Made by a program: the position numbers and the translations under genes. 64,000 bases of DNA from Myxococcota bacterium (lineage in GTDB: Bacteria > Myxococcota_A > UBA9160 > JAFDDA01), in contig OZ245817.1 in the NCBI GenBank assembly GCA_965228475.1, forward strand, positions 4,800,001 to 4,864,000. The letters run 5' to 3'. Below, in pieces: positions 31,526-40,979 of this stretch (position 1 is its first letter; every line of letters begins with the position of its first letter). A model generated the notes under the pieces. That model was not told the DNA's origin. It saw only the letters and a program-made list of their open reading frames with translations, and searched no databases.

Positions 31526-31683
31526 GGAGTTCGACCCCTGTGCGCTCGACGAAACGATGGACGGCAGGGATCCTGGCTCTCGCCCTCGCGGCAAGCGTTG
31601 CGGCGTGCGGCCGGTACGGGCCGCCGGAGCCCTACCCGCCGGACCGGCCCGCCGCCGAGGAAGAAGAGGAGGAGCGGCGGTGA
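31522..31683 (+). CDS. Small lipoprotein, LptM/YifL/LppL-like (53 aa; alternative GTG start at 31540)
   Basis: Hand translation MRSSTPVRSTKRWTAGILALALAASVAACGRYGPPEPYPPDRPAAEEEEEERR*; lipobox VAAC; GTGA overlaps with both argH and lysA. Confidence 0.75.
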   Translation: MRSSTPVRSTKRWTAGILALALAASVAACGRYGPPEPYPPDRPAAEEEEEERR

Positions 31684-32948
31684 GCGTGCCCGAAGCCTTC
31701 ACCCGCCGCGGCGGGCACCTCTTCGCGGAGGACGTCTCCCTCGACGCGCTCGCCGAGCGCTTCGGCACGCCGCTGTTCGTCTACAGCGCGACCGCCCTGG
31801 CCGGCGCCTATGACGCGCTCGACCAGGCCCTCGGCGACGTGCCCCACACGCTCTGTTACTCGATCAAGACGAACATGAACCTCGCGGTGGTGCGCACGCT
31901 CGTGGCGCGCGGCGCGGGCATCGACGTGACCTCGGGCGGCGAGCTCTTCCGCGCGCTCAAGGCCGGCGCCTCGCCGGAGAAGATCGTCTACTCGGGCGTC
32001 GGCAAGCGCGACGACGAGATCGACGCCGCGCTCGAGGCCGGCATCAAGATGTTCAACGTGGAATCGCGTGCGGAGCTGCGGCGCATCGACGCCGTGGCCG
32101 GCGCCCGCGGCGTGCGCGCGCCCGTCGCCTTCCGCGTGAACCCGGACGTCGACCCGCAGACCCACCCCTACATCTCGACCGGGCTCAAGACCAGCAAGTT
32201 CGGCATCCCCTGGGGCGAGGCGAGCGATGCCTACGCCGAGGCCAAGGCCCTCGAGCACGTCGAGGCCGTGGGCATCGATTGCCACATCGGGAGCCAGCTC
32301 ACCCAGGTCCGGCCCTTCGTCGACGCGCTGAACCGCGTGCGGCATCTCGTGCTCGAGCTGCGCGACGCCGGCCACCCGATCCGCACGATCGACGTCGGGG
32401 GCGGCCTCGGCGTGCGCTACGACGACGAGACCCCGCCGAGCTTCGCCGAGTACGCCCAGGGCGTCATCGAGAGCGTCGGCGGCCTCGAGTGCGACCTCGT
32501 CTTCGAACCGGGCCGTTCCTTCGCCGCCAACGCCGGCGTCATGCTGACCCGCGTGCTCTACGAAAAGACCAACGGCGACCGCCGCTTCGTGATCGTCGAT
32601 GCGGCCATGAACGACCTCATCCGCCCCGCCCTCTACCAGGCCTACCAGGCGGTGGAGACCGTGGCCCCCGCGCGCGGCGAGGCCGTGGCGGCCGACGTCG
32701 TCGGGCCCGTGTGCGAATCCGGGGACTTCCTCGCCAAGGACCGGCCGATCCCGCCCGTCGAGCGCGGCGACCTGTTCGCCGTGCGCTCCTCGGGGGCCTA
32801 CGGGTTCAGCATGTCCTCGAACTACAATGGGCGGGTGCGCGCGGCCGAGGTGCTCGTGAAGGGCGACCGCTTCGAGCTCGTGCGCGAGCGCGAGACCTAC
32901 GAAGACCTCGTTCGGGGCGAGACGATCCCCGAAGGACTGACGGGCTGA
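31680..32948 (+). CDS. lysA: Diaminopimelate decarboxylase
   Basis: FGTPLFVY, YSIKTN, SKFG, HIGSQ, EPGR, GPVCESGD, SNYN. Confidence 0.96.
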   Translation: MSVPEAFTRRGGHLFAEDVSLDALAERFGTPLFVYSATALAGAYDALDQALGDVPHTLCYSIKTNMNLAVVRTLVARGAGIDVTSGGELFRALKAGASPEKIVYSGVGKRDDEIDAALEAGIKMFNVESRAELRRIDAVAGARGVRAPVAFRVNPDVDPQTHPYISTGLKTSKFGIPWGEASDAYAEAKALEHVEAVGIDCHIGSQLTQVRPFVDALNRVRHLVLELRDAGHPIRTIDVGGGLGVRYDDETPPSFAEYAQGVIESVGGLECDLVFEPGRSFAANAGVMLTRVLYEKTNGDRRFVIVDAAMNDLIRPALYQAYQAVETVAPARGEAVAADVVGPVCESGDFLAKDRPIPPVERGDLFAVRSSGAYGFSMSSNYNGRVRAAEVLVKGDRFELVRERETYEDLVRGETIPEGLTG

Positions 32949-33808
32949 TGACGACCCTGCCTTTCACCAAGATGCACGGCGCCGGGAACGACTTCGTCGT
33001 GCTCGACGCGCTGGCCCACGAGATCCCGCCCCTCGAGCGGCTCGCGGAGCGGATCGCGGACCGCCACTTCGGAATCGGCTGCGACCAGATCCTCGTGATC
33101 CGCCCCTCGGAGATCGCGGACTTCCGCATGGACATCTACGACGCCGACGGCTCGCGCGTGGAGATGTGCGGCAACGGCATCCGCGCCCTGCTCAAGTACG
33201 TGCGCGACCGCGGCCACACCCAGGCCGAGGAAGTCGGCGTCGAAACCCTCGGCGGCGTCGTGCGCCCCCGCTGGATCCGCCGCGAAGCCGACGGCTCGGA
33301 CTGCGTGCGCGTCGACATGGGCCGGCCCGTGCTCGTGCCCGAGAAGATCCCCACCCGGCTCGGGAGCGGCGAGGGCCCCGTCCTCGACGCACCCCTCGAC
33401 GTCGAGGGCGAGCGCGTCACGGTCTCCTGCGTTTCGATGGGCAACCCGCACGCGGTCCTCTACGTCGACGACCCGGACACCGCGCCCGTCGAGACCCTCG
33501 GCCCGCGCATCGAGAACCATCCGGCCTTCCCGAACCGGACGAACGTCGAGTTCGTGACCGTCGTCGCCCGCGACCGCATCCGCCAGCGCACGTTCGAGCG
33601 CGGAACCGGCGAGACCCTCGCCTGCGGCAGCGGCGCCTGCGCCGTGGCGGTGGCCTCGATCCTGCGCGGGGTGGCCGACCCGGAGCTGACCGTCGAGCTG
33701 CGCGGCGGCGCGCTCGAGCTCGCCTGGGCCGGCGGTGACGCCTCCGTCTTCATGACGGGCCCCGCCGCCGAGGTCTTCACCGGCACCTTCCCGCTGGAGG
33801 AAGTCTGA
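32948..33808 (+). CDS. dapF: Diaminopimelate epimerase
   Basis: KMHGAGNDF, EMCGNG, SMGNPH, ERGTGETLACGSG. Confidence 0.96.
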   Translation: MTTLPFTKMHGAGNDFVVLDALAHEIPPLERLAERIADRHFGIGCDQILVIRPSEIADFRMDIYDADGSRVEMCGNGIRALLKYVRDRGHTQAEEVGVETLGGVVRPRWIRREADGSDCVRVDMGRPVLVPEKIPTRLGSGEGPVLDAPLDVEGERVTVSCVSMGNPHAVLYVDDPDTAPVETLGPRIENHPAFPNRTNVEFVTVVARDRIRQRTFERGTGETLACGSGACAVAVASILRGVADPELTVELRGGALELAWAGGDASVFMTGPAAEVFTGTFPLEEV

Positions 33809-34680
33809 TGTTCGAGGGTGTCCACACTGCACTGGTGACCCCGTTCCGGAATGACGCCGTCGACGAGGCGGCCCTGCGGCAGCTCGTCGAGCGCCAGGTC
33901 GAGGCCGGCGTCGACGGGATCGTGCCCTGCGGCAGCACGGGCGAGTCCGCCACGCTCTCCCACGCCGAGCACCGGCGCGTGGTCGAGGTCGTGGTGGAGG
34001 CCGCGCGCGGCCGCGTCCAGGTGATTGCGGGCACGGGCTCGAACAACACCAAGGAGGCGATCGCCCTCACCCGGCACGCGAAGGAGGCCGGCGCGGACGG
34101 CGCGCTCCTGATCTCGCCCTACTACAACAAGCCGACCCAGCGCGGAGTCGTCGAGCACTTCGCGGAGATCGCACGCCAGTCGGCGTTCCCGCTGGTCGTC
34201 TACAACATCCCGGGGCGCACGGCCTCGAACCTGCTGCCCGAGACCCTCGCCGAGCTCTCGACGATCGAGCAGATCGTCGGCGTGAAGGAAGCGTGCGGGG
34301 ACATCCACCAGATCTCCCAGGCCGTGATCGCCTGCGCCGAGGGCTTCACGTTCCTGGCGGGCGACGACGCCATGACCCTGCCGCTGCTCGCCGTCGGCGG
34401 GCACGGCGTCATCACCACCGTGGGCAACCTCGTCCCGGCCGAGATGGTCGAGCTCGTGCGCAGCTTCAAGAGCGGCGACGTCGCCCAGGCCCAGCGCCTC
34501 CACCAACGCCTGCTGCCGCTGATCGACGCCGTCTTCTGCGAAACGAACCCGATCCCGATCAAGGCGGCCGTCGCGCTCCAGGGCCTGGTGTCGGACGAGA
34601 TCCGGCTTCCGCTCACGCCGATCGCGGACGAGAACCGCGAACGGCTGCGCCTGGTCATGAAGGAGTTCGGCCTCCTGTGA
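33808..34680 (+). CDS. dapA: 4-hydroxy-tetrahydrodipicolinate synthase
   Basis: ALVTPF, GSTGES, PYYNKP, YNIPGRT, GVKEA, ETNPIPIK. Confidence 0.96.
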   Translation: MFEGVHTALVTPFRNDAVDEAALRQLVERQVEAGVDGIVPCGSTGESATLSHAEHRRVVEVVVEAARGRVQVIAGTGSNNTKEAIALTRHAKEAGADGALLISPYYNKPTQRGVVEHFAEIARQSAFPLVVYNIPGRTASNLLPETLAELSTIEQIVGVKEACGDIHQISQAVIACAEGFTFLAGDDAMTLPLLAVGGHGVITTVGNLVPAEMVELVRSFKSGDVAQAQRLHQRLLPLIDAVFCETNPIPIKAAVALQGLVSDEIRLPLTPIADENRERLRLVMKEFGLL

Positions 34681-34717
34681 GCGAGCCGCGCGCAGGACTT
34701 CGCCGGGAGAGGCGCTC

Positions 34718-35506
34718 GTGAGCGTCCGCGTCTGCGTCGTCGGCGCACTCGGACGCATGGGCGAGCACGTGCGTGCCGCCGTCCGGCAGGACCCCGGAAC
34801 CGAGCTGGCTTCCCTGCTCGAAGGCCCCGGGCACCCGGGCGTCGGCGAGAGCCACGACGGCTGCACCGTGACCGACGATGCGGCGGCGGCCTTCTCGGCG
34901 GCGGAGGTCGCCATCGACTTCTCGATCCCGGCCGCGACCCTGGCGAACCTCCCCGTCGCCGCCGAGGCCGGCATCGCCTACGCCACCGGCACCACGGGCT
35001 TCAGCGCCGAGCAGAAGCTCGAGCTCGAACGCATCGCGGCGCGCATCCCGCTGCTCCAGGCTGCGAACTTCTCGATCGCGGTGAACGTGCTGAACCACCT
35101 CGCCGGGCGGGCGGCGGAGCTCCTCGGCGACGCCTTCGACCCGGAGATCGTCGAGCTCCACCACGGCCAGAAGCGGGACGCCCCGAGCGGCACCGCCCTC
35201 TGGCTCGGCGAGACCGTCGCCGCCGCCCGGGCGACCACCCTCGAGAAGTCCGGGACCCTCTCCCGCGAGGGCGACGTCGGCGCGAGGCCCCACGGCGAGA
35301 TCGGCATCCAGACCCTGCGCGGCGGCGACAACCCGGGAGAGCACACGGTGATGTTCGTCGGCCGCGGCGAGCGCATCGAACTGATCCACCGCAGCGCCAC
35401 CCGCGAGCACTTCGCGAGCGGCAGCGTGCGCGCGGCTCGCTGGCTCGTGGGCCAGCCGGCCGGTCTCTACGGCATGGCCGACGTGCTCGGCCTCTCGGCC
35501 CGATAG
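34718..35506 (+). CDS. dapB: 4-hydroxy-tetrahydrodipicolinate reductase
   Basis: GALGRMG, TGTTG, ELHHGQKRDAPSGTA, GEHTV. Confidence 0.96.
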   Translation: MSVRVCVVGALGRMGEHVRAAVRQDPGTELASLLEGPGHPGVGESHDGCTVTDDAAAAFSAAEVAIDFSIPAATLANLPVAAEAGIAYATGTTGFSAEQKLELERIAARIPLLQAANFSIAVNVLNHLAGRAAELLGDAFDPEIVELHHGQKRDAPSGTALWLGETVAAARATTLEKSGTLSREGDVGARPHGEIGIQTLRGGDNPGEHTVMFVGRGERIELIHRSATREHFASGSVRAARWLVGQPAGLYGMADVLGLSAR

Positions 35507-35520
35507 GGGCGCCGCTCGCC

Positions 35521-36912
35521 ATGGCGCCGCGAGGCCGACAGCCCCTCGCCGAGCGGCTTCGACGCTGCGCGGCCCTGGTCCTCGTCCTCGCCGGGTGCGC
35601 CCCGGATCCGGGCGGCCCGCCGAACGTCGTCGTCTACGTGATCGATACCCTGCGCGCGGACGCCCTCGGCGCCTACGGCCAGCCGCTCCCGACCTCGCCC
35701 GTGTTCGACGCCCTCGCGGCCGAAGGCACCCTCTACGAGAACGCCGTCGCCCCCGCACCCTGGACGCTGCCCTCGGTCGCCTCGCTGCTGACCGGCCTTC
35801 CGCTCTGCGACCACGGCGTGCGCCTCGACGGCGACCGCATCCCCGAGGACGTCGCGACCTTCGCCGAGCGCTTCCGGGCGGCGGGGTACCGCACCGCGAA
35901 CTTCCACGCGAACCCCTACGCCGGGGAGATGAGCGGCCTCGACCGTGGCTTCGAGACGACGGCGCTCTTCCGCGGGCAGGCCGCCGTCGATCCGAACGTC
36001 CTGCTCCGCTGGCTCGAAGAGGACGACCGGCCCTTCTTCCTCTATCTCCACTCGACCGAACCCCACGACCCGTACACGGGACACCGCGAGAGTCTCGATG
36101 CGCTCGGGGGCGGCGTCGGCGACGCCGAGCGACGCGTGCTCAACCGCGAGCTGCAGCGCTACCGCCAGCTGACGCGGGCCGACTTCACCGAGGGCCTGCC
36201 GCCGGGCACCACGGACAACGCCGAGGAGCAGGAGGCCACGATGAAGGGGCTCGAAGCCGAGCGCGCGGCCATCGAACGCCTCTACGCCGCGGACGTGCGC
36301 GTGGCCGATGCGAACCTCGGCCAGGTCCGGGCGGCCCTCGAGCGCGCCGGCGTTCTCGACCGCACGATCCTCGCCGTGACCTCCGACCACGGCGAGGAGT
36401 TCGGCGAGCACGGCGGCTGGCAGCACGACCAATCGCTCCATCGGGAGCTCTTGCACGTGCCCCTCTTGATCCGCGATCCGCGAAGCGCGAACCAGGGGGT
36501 GCGCGTGAGCGAACCGTTTTCCGTGACCGCGCTCCTGCCCCGGCTCTTCGAAATGGCCGGACTCGGCGAGAGCCCGGTCGGAGCCCCGGAGGTCGTCGCC
36601 GTGCGGGACAACCGCAAGAAGTACTTCGAGCCCTTCAAGCGCGAGCGGGGCGACCTGAACGTCGCCCTCTTCGATGGAGGCCTGAAGGCGATCTACAACG
36701 CCGAACCCGGGACGATCGAGCTCTACGATCTCGGCGACACCGGCGAGCGGACGGACCGCGCTGCCGACGCTCCCGAGCGCGCCGCAGCCTTGCGCGAGCG
36801 CGCGCGGGGCTGGGTCGATCGCTGCCGCGCCAACGATCGCGAAACCTCGTCCCTCCGAGACCTCGACCCGGAGCAGCGCGAACGGCTCCGCGCCCTTGGA
36901 TACATCGACTGA
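35521..36912 (+). CDS. Sulfatase-like alkaline-phosphatase-superfamily lipoprotein
   Basis: Lipobox LAGC; IDTLRAD, PWTLPS, EPHDPY, TSDHGEEF; C-terminal LRALGY. Confidence 0.85.
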   Translation: MAPRGRQPLAERLRRCAALVLVLAGCAPDPGGPPNVVVYVIDTLRADALGAYGQPLPTSPVFDALAAEGTLYENAVAPAPWTLPSVASLLTGLPLCDHGVRLDGDRIPEDVATFAERFRAAGYRTANFHANPYAGEMSGLDRGFETTALFRGQAAVDPNVLLRWLEEDDRPFFLYLHSTEPHDPYTGHRESLDALGGGVGDAERRVLNRELQRYRQLTRADFTEGLPPGTTDNAEEQEATMKGLEAERAAIERLYAADVRVADANLGQVRAALERAGVLDRTILAVTSDHGEEFGEHGGWQHDQSLHRELLHVPLLIRDPRSANQGVRVSEPFSVTALLPRLFEMAGLGESPVGAPEVVAVRDNRKKYFEPFKRERGDLNVALFDGGLKAIYNAEPGTIELYDLGDTGERTDRAADAPERAAALRERARGWVDRCRANDRETSSLRDLDPEQRERLRALGYID

Positions 36913-38192
36913 TGCAGAACCTCACCCCGATCCTGCTCGCGCTTCTGCTCCTTCCCACCGCGTGTGGGGAACGGAGCGAACCCACCGAGGCTTCCTCGGA
37001 GGCCGAGACCCCGTCGGGCACCGACATCGAGATGTCGAAGGAGGAGCGCGAGCTCCTCGAGGCCCTCGGCTACGTCTACTTCTCGGCCGATGAGCCGACC
37101 GGCGAGACCGGCGTCGTCCGTCACGACCCCGAGCGCGCCTTCCCCGGCTACAGCCTCTACACGATTCGCCACCGCTGCCGCGCGGAGCTCGTCGACATGG
37201 AGGGGCGCGTCGTGCACGCCTGGGAGAAACCCCCGTGCCGATTCTGGTCGACGGCCGACCTCCTTCCTTCGGGCGACCTGCTCGTCACCGGCATGGACCT
37301 CACCGGAAACGACCGCAAGGAATCCCTCGACGCCATGTTCGCCCTGCGGCTCGCCTGGGACGGGACGGAACGCTTCAAGCGCGCGATTCCCGCGCACCAC
37401 GATCTCGAGCAGACGCCCCGCGGCGACCTCCTCACCCTCGTCGGGCGCTACCGCACCCTTCCCGCGGTCTACCCGGACGCCGAGGTGAAGGACGAGTGGC
37501 TGACCCTGCTCACGCCCGACGGCGAGACGATCGCCGAGGCCTCCGTCCTCGAGATCCTGCAGAAGACCCCGGAGATCTTCCGCATGCGGAAGATCAACGC
37601 CCGGCTGCGCGACGAGCGCCAGGCCGTCGAGCTCTTCCATGCCAACTCGATCGAGTGGATGAACCGGCCGGAGCTCTTCGGAACGCACCGCGTCTACGGG
37701 CCGAACCACATCCTCACCTGCCTGCGCAACCAGGACACCATCGCCATCATCGATTGGGAAGCCCGACGGCTCGTCTGGGCCTGGGGCAAAGGGAAGCTCG
37801 AGCTCCCGCATCACCCGACGCTGCTCGCGAACGGGAACATCCTGCTCTTCGACAATGGCGTGCGGCGGCGCACCTCACGCGTACTCGAGGTCGACCCGCG
37901 CACCGACGAGATCGTCTGGGAGTACCCGGGCGAGACGGGCGAGCCCTTCTTCTCGGCGAACCGCGGGTCGAACGAGCGGCTCCCCAACGGCAACACGCTG
38001 ATCGCGGATTCCGATTCCGGCCGCGCCTTCGAGGTGACCCGGGAGGGCGAGACGGTCTGGGAGTACCTCGTCCCCGACGTCGACGACGAGGGCCGGCGCG
38101 CCACGATCGAGCGCATCAAGCGCTATCCCCTCGAGGCCTTCGCCGACCGGATCGGGAGCCCCGCGGAAGCGGCCCCGCTAGAGGGCGAGTAG
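36912..38192 (+). CDS. Aryl-sulfate sulfotransferase (ASST)-like beta-propeller lipoprotein
   Basis: ATG overlapping the upstream stop; lipobox PTAC; AHHD, FHANSI, LLFDNG, RLPNGNTLI. Confidence 0.8.
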   Translation: MQNLTPILLALLLLPTACGERSEPTEASSEAETPSGTDIEMSKEERELLEALGYVYFSADEPTGETGVVRHDPERAFPGYSLYTIRHRCRAELVDMEGRVVHAWEKPPCRFWSTADLLPSGDLLVTGMDLTGNDRKESLDAMFALRLAWDGTERFKRAIPAHHDLEQTPRGDLLTLVGRYRTLPAVYPDAEVKDEWLTLLTPDGETIAEASVLEILQKTPEIFRMRKINARLRDERQAVELFHANSIEWMNRPELFGTHRVYGPNHILTCLRNQDTIAIIDWEARRLVWAWGKGKLELPHHPTLLANGNILLFDNGVRRRTSRVLEVDPRTDEIVWEYPGETGEPFFSANRGSNERLPNGNTLIADSDSGRAFEVTREGETVWEYLVPDVDDEGRRATIERIKRYPLEAFADRIGSPAEAAPLEGE

Positions 38193-39503
38193 CGCGTAGC
38201 CGTAGAGCGCGACGGTGAGCACGGGCCAGAGCCCGTGGAGCGCGAGGGCGCGGGACCAGGCGGCCGCGCCGGCCGCTTCGAAGGCCGGCCCCTCCCGCGC
38301 GAACAGGAGCGGCGGGAGCGCGATCCCGAGCAGCACGAGCAGCAGGACGTGCCGCGGCAGCATGTGCAGATGCGCGAGGCCGTGCTGGGGCATGAGGAAT
38401 GCCCAGGCGACCGTCGAAGCCAGGGCGATGGCGAGAGCGAAAGCGCCGACGCCGAGGGCACGGAACGACCCGGCGCGCAGGCGCGGCGCGAGCCCGGTGC
38501 CGAGCGCCGCGAGCCCGGCCGCCGCCGCCACGAGCAGCAACCCGGGCGAAGTCCAGCGCGGGTTCGCGAACTGGCCGGCGAGCTGCCCGATCACGTAGGT
38601 CCGGGAGAGATCCCCGCCCGCCCCGTAGGCCTCGGCGAGGGTCTGCGTGTTCGCGCGGATCTTCGCGCCGTACTCCGGGTTGAGCCGCTCGGCACCGTCG
38701 GCGCCCGCCCGCGCCGCGGCCGAGCCGAGCAGGTCGCGCAGCGCGGTCTCCGCGTCGCCGAAGTAGAGCACCAGCTGGAACGTGTGGGCGAGGATCGCGA
38801 GCGAGGCGCCGGCGGTGAACTTGAGCGTGTCGAGCACGCCGTGCAGGAGAGCCTGGGTGAGCGGCAGCGCTTCGTCCCGCGCGGCGACGAGCCAGCGTGC
38901 GCCGAACAGAACCAGCGCCTGGCCGGGCAACCAGTCGTAGCCGACCCAACCCGCGACGAAGCCGAGGGCGACGAAGGGCCAGCTCCTGCCCGCGGGCAGG
39001 AGCGTGGCGAGCACGACCGCGAGGAGCGCGACGGTCACCGCGTAGGAGTGTTCGTGGATCGCCCCCTGCCACTGGACGTAGGCCGGCTGCAGCAGGAGGA
39101 TGCAGCACCCGCCGACGACCCACGCGAGCATCCAGCGCCGGAGACTGACCCGGGCGAGCACGAAGGCGAACCCGCCGAGCGCGAAGGAAGACAGGAGGAG
39201 CGGCAGCCAGCGCATCGTGCCGCGCTCGAGGCCGACGGCCGTCATCGCCGCCGTCAGGTAGAGCGGCCCGTTCGGATAGTGGGTGTACTCGACGATGCCG
39301 AACCGCTGATCGCCCCGCGCCATGCGCTCGGCCTCGGCGAAGGTGGTGGCTTCCGCCTGCGCGCCCGTCTCGACCGAGCCGAGGAAGGCGGCCCCGAGCA
39401 CCAGGGAAGCGAGCAGGACCGCGGCCGCGGTGATCCACGCGGCGCGCGGACCCGGAGCGGCGGCGGGGGGCGTGGCGGAATCCATCGGCGCGTCACCGCT
39501 CAT
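38178..39503 (-). CDS. Polytopic membrane protein, possibly a GT-C fold (ArnT/PMT-like) glycosyltransferase
   Basis: About 10 hydrophobic segments; YTHYPNGP loop after the first TM segment. Confidence 0.55.
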   Translation of the reverse strand: MSGDAPMDSATPPAAAPGPRAAWITAAAVLLASLVLGAAFLGSVETGAQAEATTFAEAERMARGDQRFGIVEYTHYPNGPLYLTAAMTAVGLERGTMRWLPLLLSSFALGGFAFVLARVSLRRWMLAWVVGGCCILLLQPAYVQWQGAIHEHSYAVTVALLAVVLATLLPAGRSWPFVALGFVAGWVGYDWLPGQALVLFGARWLVAARDEALPLTQALLHGVLDTLKFTAGASLAILAHTFQLVLYFGDAETALRDLLGSAAARAGADGAERLNPEYGAKIRANTQTLAEAYGAGGDLSRTYVIGQLAGQFANPRWTSPGLLLVAAAAGLAALGTGLAPRLRAGSFRALGVGAFALAIALASTVAWAFLMPQHGLAHLHMLPRHVLLLVLLGIALPPLLFAREGPAFEAAGAAAWSRALALHGLWPVLTVALYGYALLAL

Positions 39504-39523
39504 GACGCGCGATAATAGCGACG

Positions 39524-40936
39524 ATGCTCCACCCGACCCGGCACCGCGCCTCTCCCCGCTCGCGCAGATGCATCGTGACCACGCTGGCCGTGCTCGGCCT
39601 CGTCTCCTGCGGCGAAGCCGAGCCCCCCGGCGCAAGCGGAGCGGCCGCACCGCCGCCCGATGCCCCGAACGTCCTGCTCGTGGTCGCCGACGACCTCGGC
39701 TGGAACGACGTCGGCTACCACGGAAGCGAGATCCGCACGCCGCGCATCGACGCCCTCGCCGCCGAGGGAGTTCGCGCGGAGCGTTTCTACGCCCTGCCGA
39801 CCTGCAGCCCGACGCGCGCCGCCCTGCTCACGGGACGCTTCCCCGCACGCTACGGGTTCCAGGGCGGCGCCGTCCGTCCGTGGGACGGCTACGGACTCCC
39901 GGAAAGCGAATCCACCCTTGCGGACGACCTCCGCGCGGCCGGCTACGAAACGGCGCTCGTCGGGAAGTGGCACCTCGGCATGACGCGGCCGGAGCACCTG
40001 CCCTCGGCCCGCGGCTTCGAACATCACTACGGCCCCTACGGCGGCATGGTCGACTACTGGCGCCACCGGCGCCTGGGCGCCCTGGACTGGCATCGCGCGG
40101 GCCAGCCCGTCCGGGAAGAGGGTCACGCGACGGATCTTCTCGCGGCCGAGGCGGTGCGCATCCTCGAGGAACGCCCCCTCGAGCGTCCTCTCTTCCTCAT
40201 GCTGAGTTTCACGGCCCCCCACACCCCCCTGCAGCCGACCGCCGAGGACGAGGACGCCTACGCCGAAACGGCGGATCCGAACCGCAGGAATTTCTCCGCC
40301 CTGGTGAGCCAGCTCGATCGCGCGGTGGGCTCGGTCCTCGACGCCCTCGCTCGCGAAGGCCTGGCCGACCGCACCCTCGTGATCTTCCTGAGCGACAACG
40401 GCGCGTCGGCGAGCGACGGCGGAAGCAACGCACCGCTTCGCGGCGGCAAGGGGCAGCTCACCGAGGGCGGCGTGCGCGTCCCGGCGGTGTTCACGTGGCC
40501 GGGCCGGCTGCCCGCAGGCGCGGTCGCCCGAGCCCCGCTGCACGCGGTCGACGTACGGGCCACGGTTCGGGCGCTCGCGGGGATCGCGCCGGCCGGGCCG
40601 GACCTCGACGGCATCGACGTCTTTCCGGTGCTCCGCGGAGAGGCGCAGGCGGCGCGGCCGATCCCCCTGAACGTGGAGGCGCGGCGGGCGGCCGTCGTGT
40701 TCGGCCCGTGGAAGCTCCTCGTGCGCGGGCCCGTCGCTTCGCCCGAGGCGCTCGGCCTGTTCGACGTCGCCGCCGACCCGGGCGAGGCCACGAACCTCGC
40801 CCAGCGCGAGCCCGAGCGCGTCGAGCAGCTGCTCTCCCACCTGCGGGAGCTCGAGGCAGGCGCGGCGGCTCCGCTGGCGCGGCATCCGAACATGCCGCCC
40901 GGGTTCGAGCCGCCCGACGTATGGGGGCCGCGCTAG
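39524..40936 (+). CDS. Arylsulfatase (formylglycine-dependent, ARSB/I/J-like)
   Basis: ADDLGWND, CSPTR motif, GKWHLG, APHTP, SDNG. Confidence 0.92.
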   Translation: MLHPTRHRASPRSRRCIVTTLAVLGLVSCGEAEPPGASGAAAPPPDAPNVLLVVADDLGWNDVGYHGSEIRTPRIDALAAEGVRAERFYALPTCSPTRAALLTGRFPARYGFQGGAVRPWDGYGLPESESTLADDLRAAGYETALVGKWHLGMTRPEHLPSARGFEHHYGPYGGMVDYWRHRRLGALDWHRAGQPVREEGHATDLLAAEAVRILEERPLERPLFLMLSFTAPHTPLQPTAEDEDAYAETADPNRRNFSALVSQLDRAVGSVLDALAREGLADRTLVIFLSDNGASASDGGSNAPLRGGKGQLTEGGVRVPAVFTWPGRLPAGAVARAPLHAVDVRATVRALAGIAPAGPDLDGIDVFPVLRGEAQAARPIPLNVEARRAAVVFGPWKLLVRGPVASPEALGLFDVAADPGEATNLAQREPERVEQLLSHLRELEAGAAAPLARHPNMPPGFEPPDVWGPR

Positions 40937-40939
40937 ACC

Positions 40940-40979
40940 GCGCCGCCAGCGCGAATCGAGCGCCGCTAGCGCGAATCGA
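40940..40979. repeat. 20-bp tandem duplication (1 mismatch)
   Basis: GCGCCGCCAGCGCGAATCGA then GCGCCGCTAGCGCGAATCGA. Confidence 0.7.
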
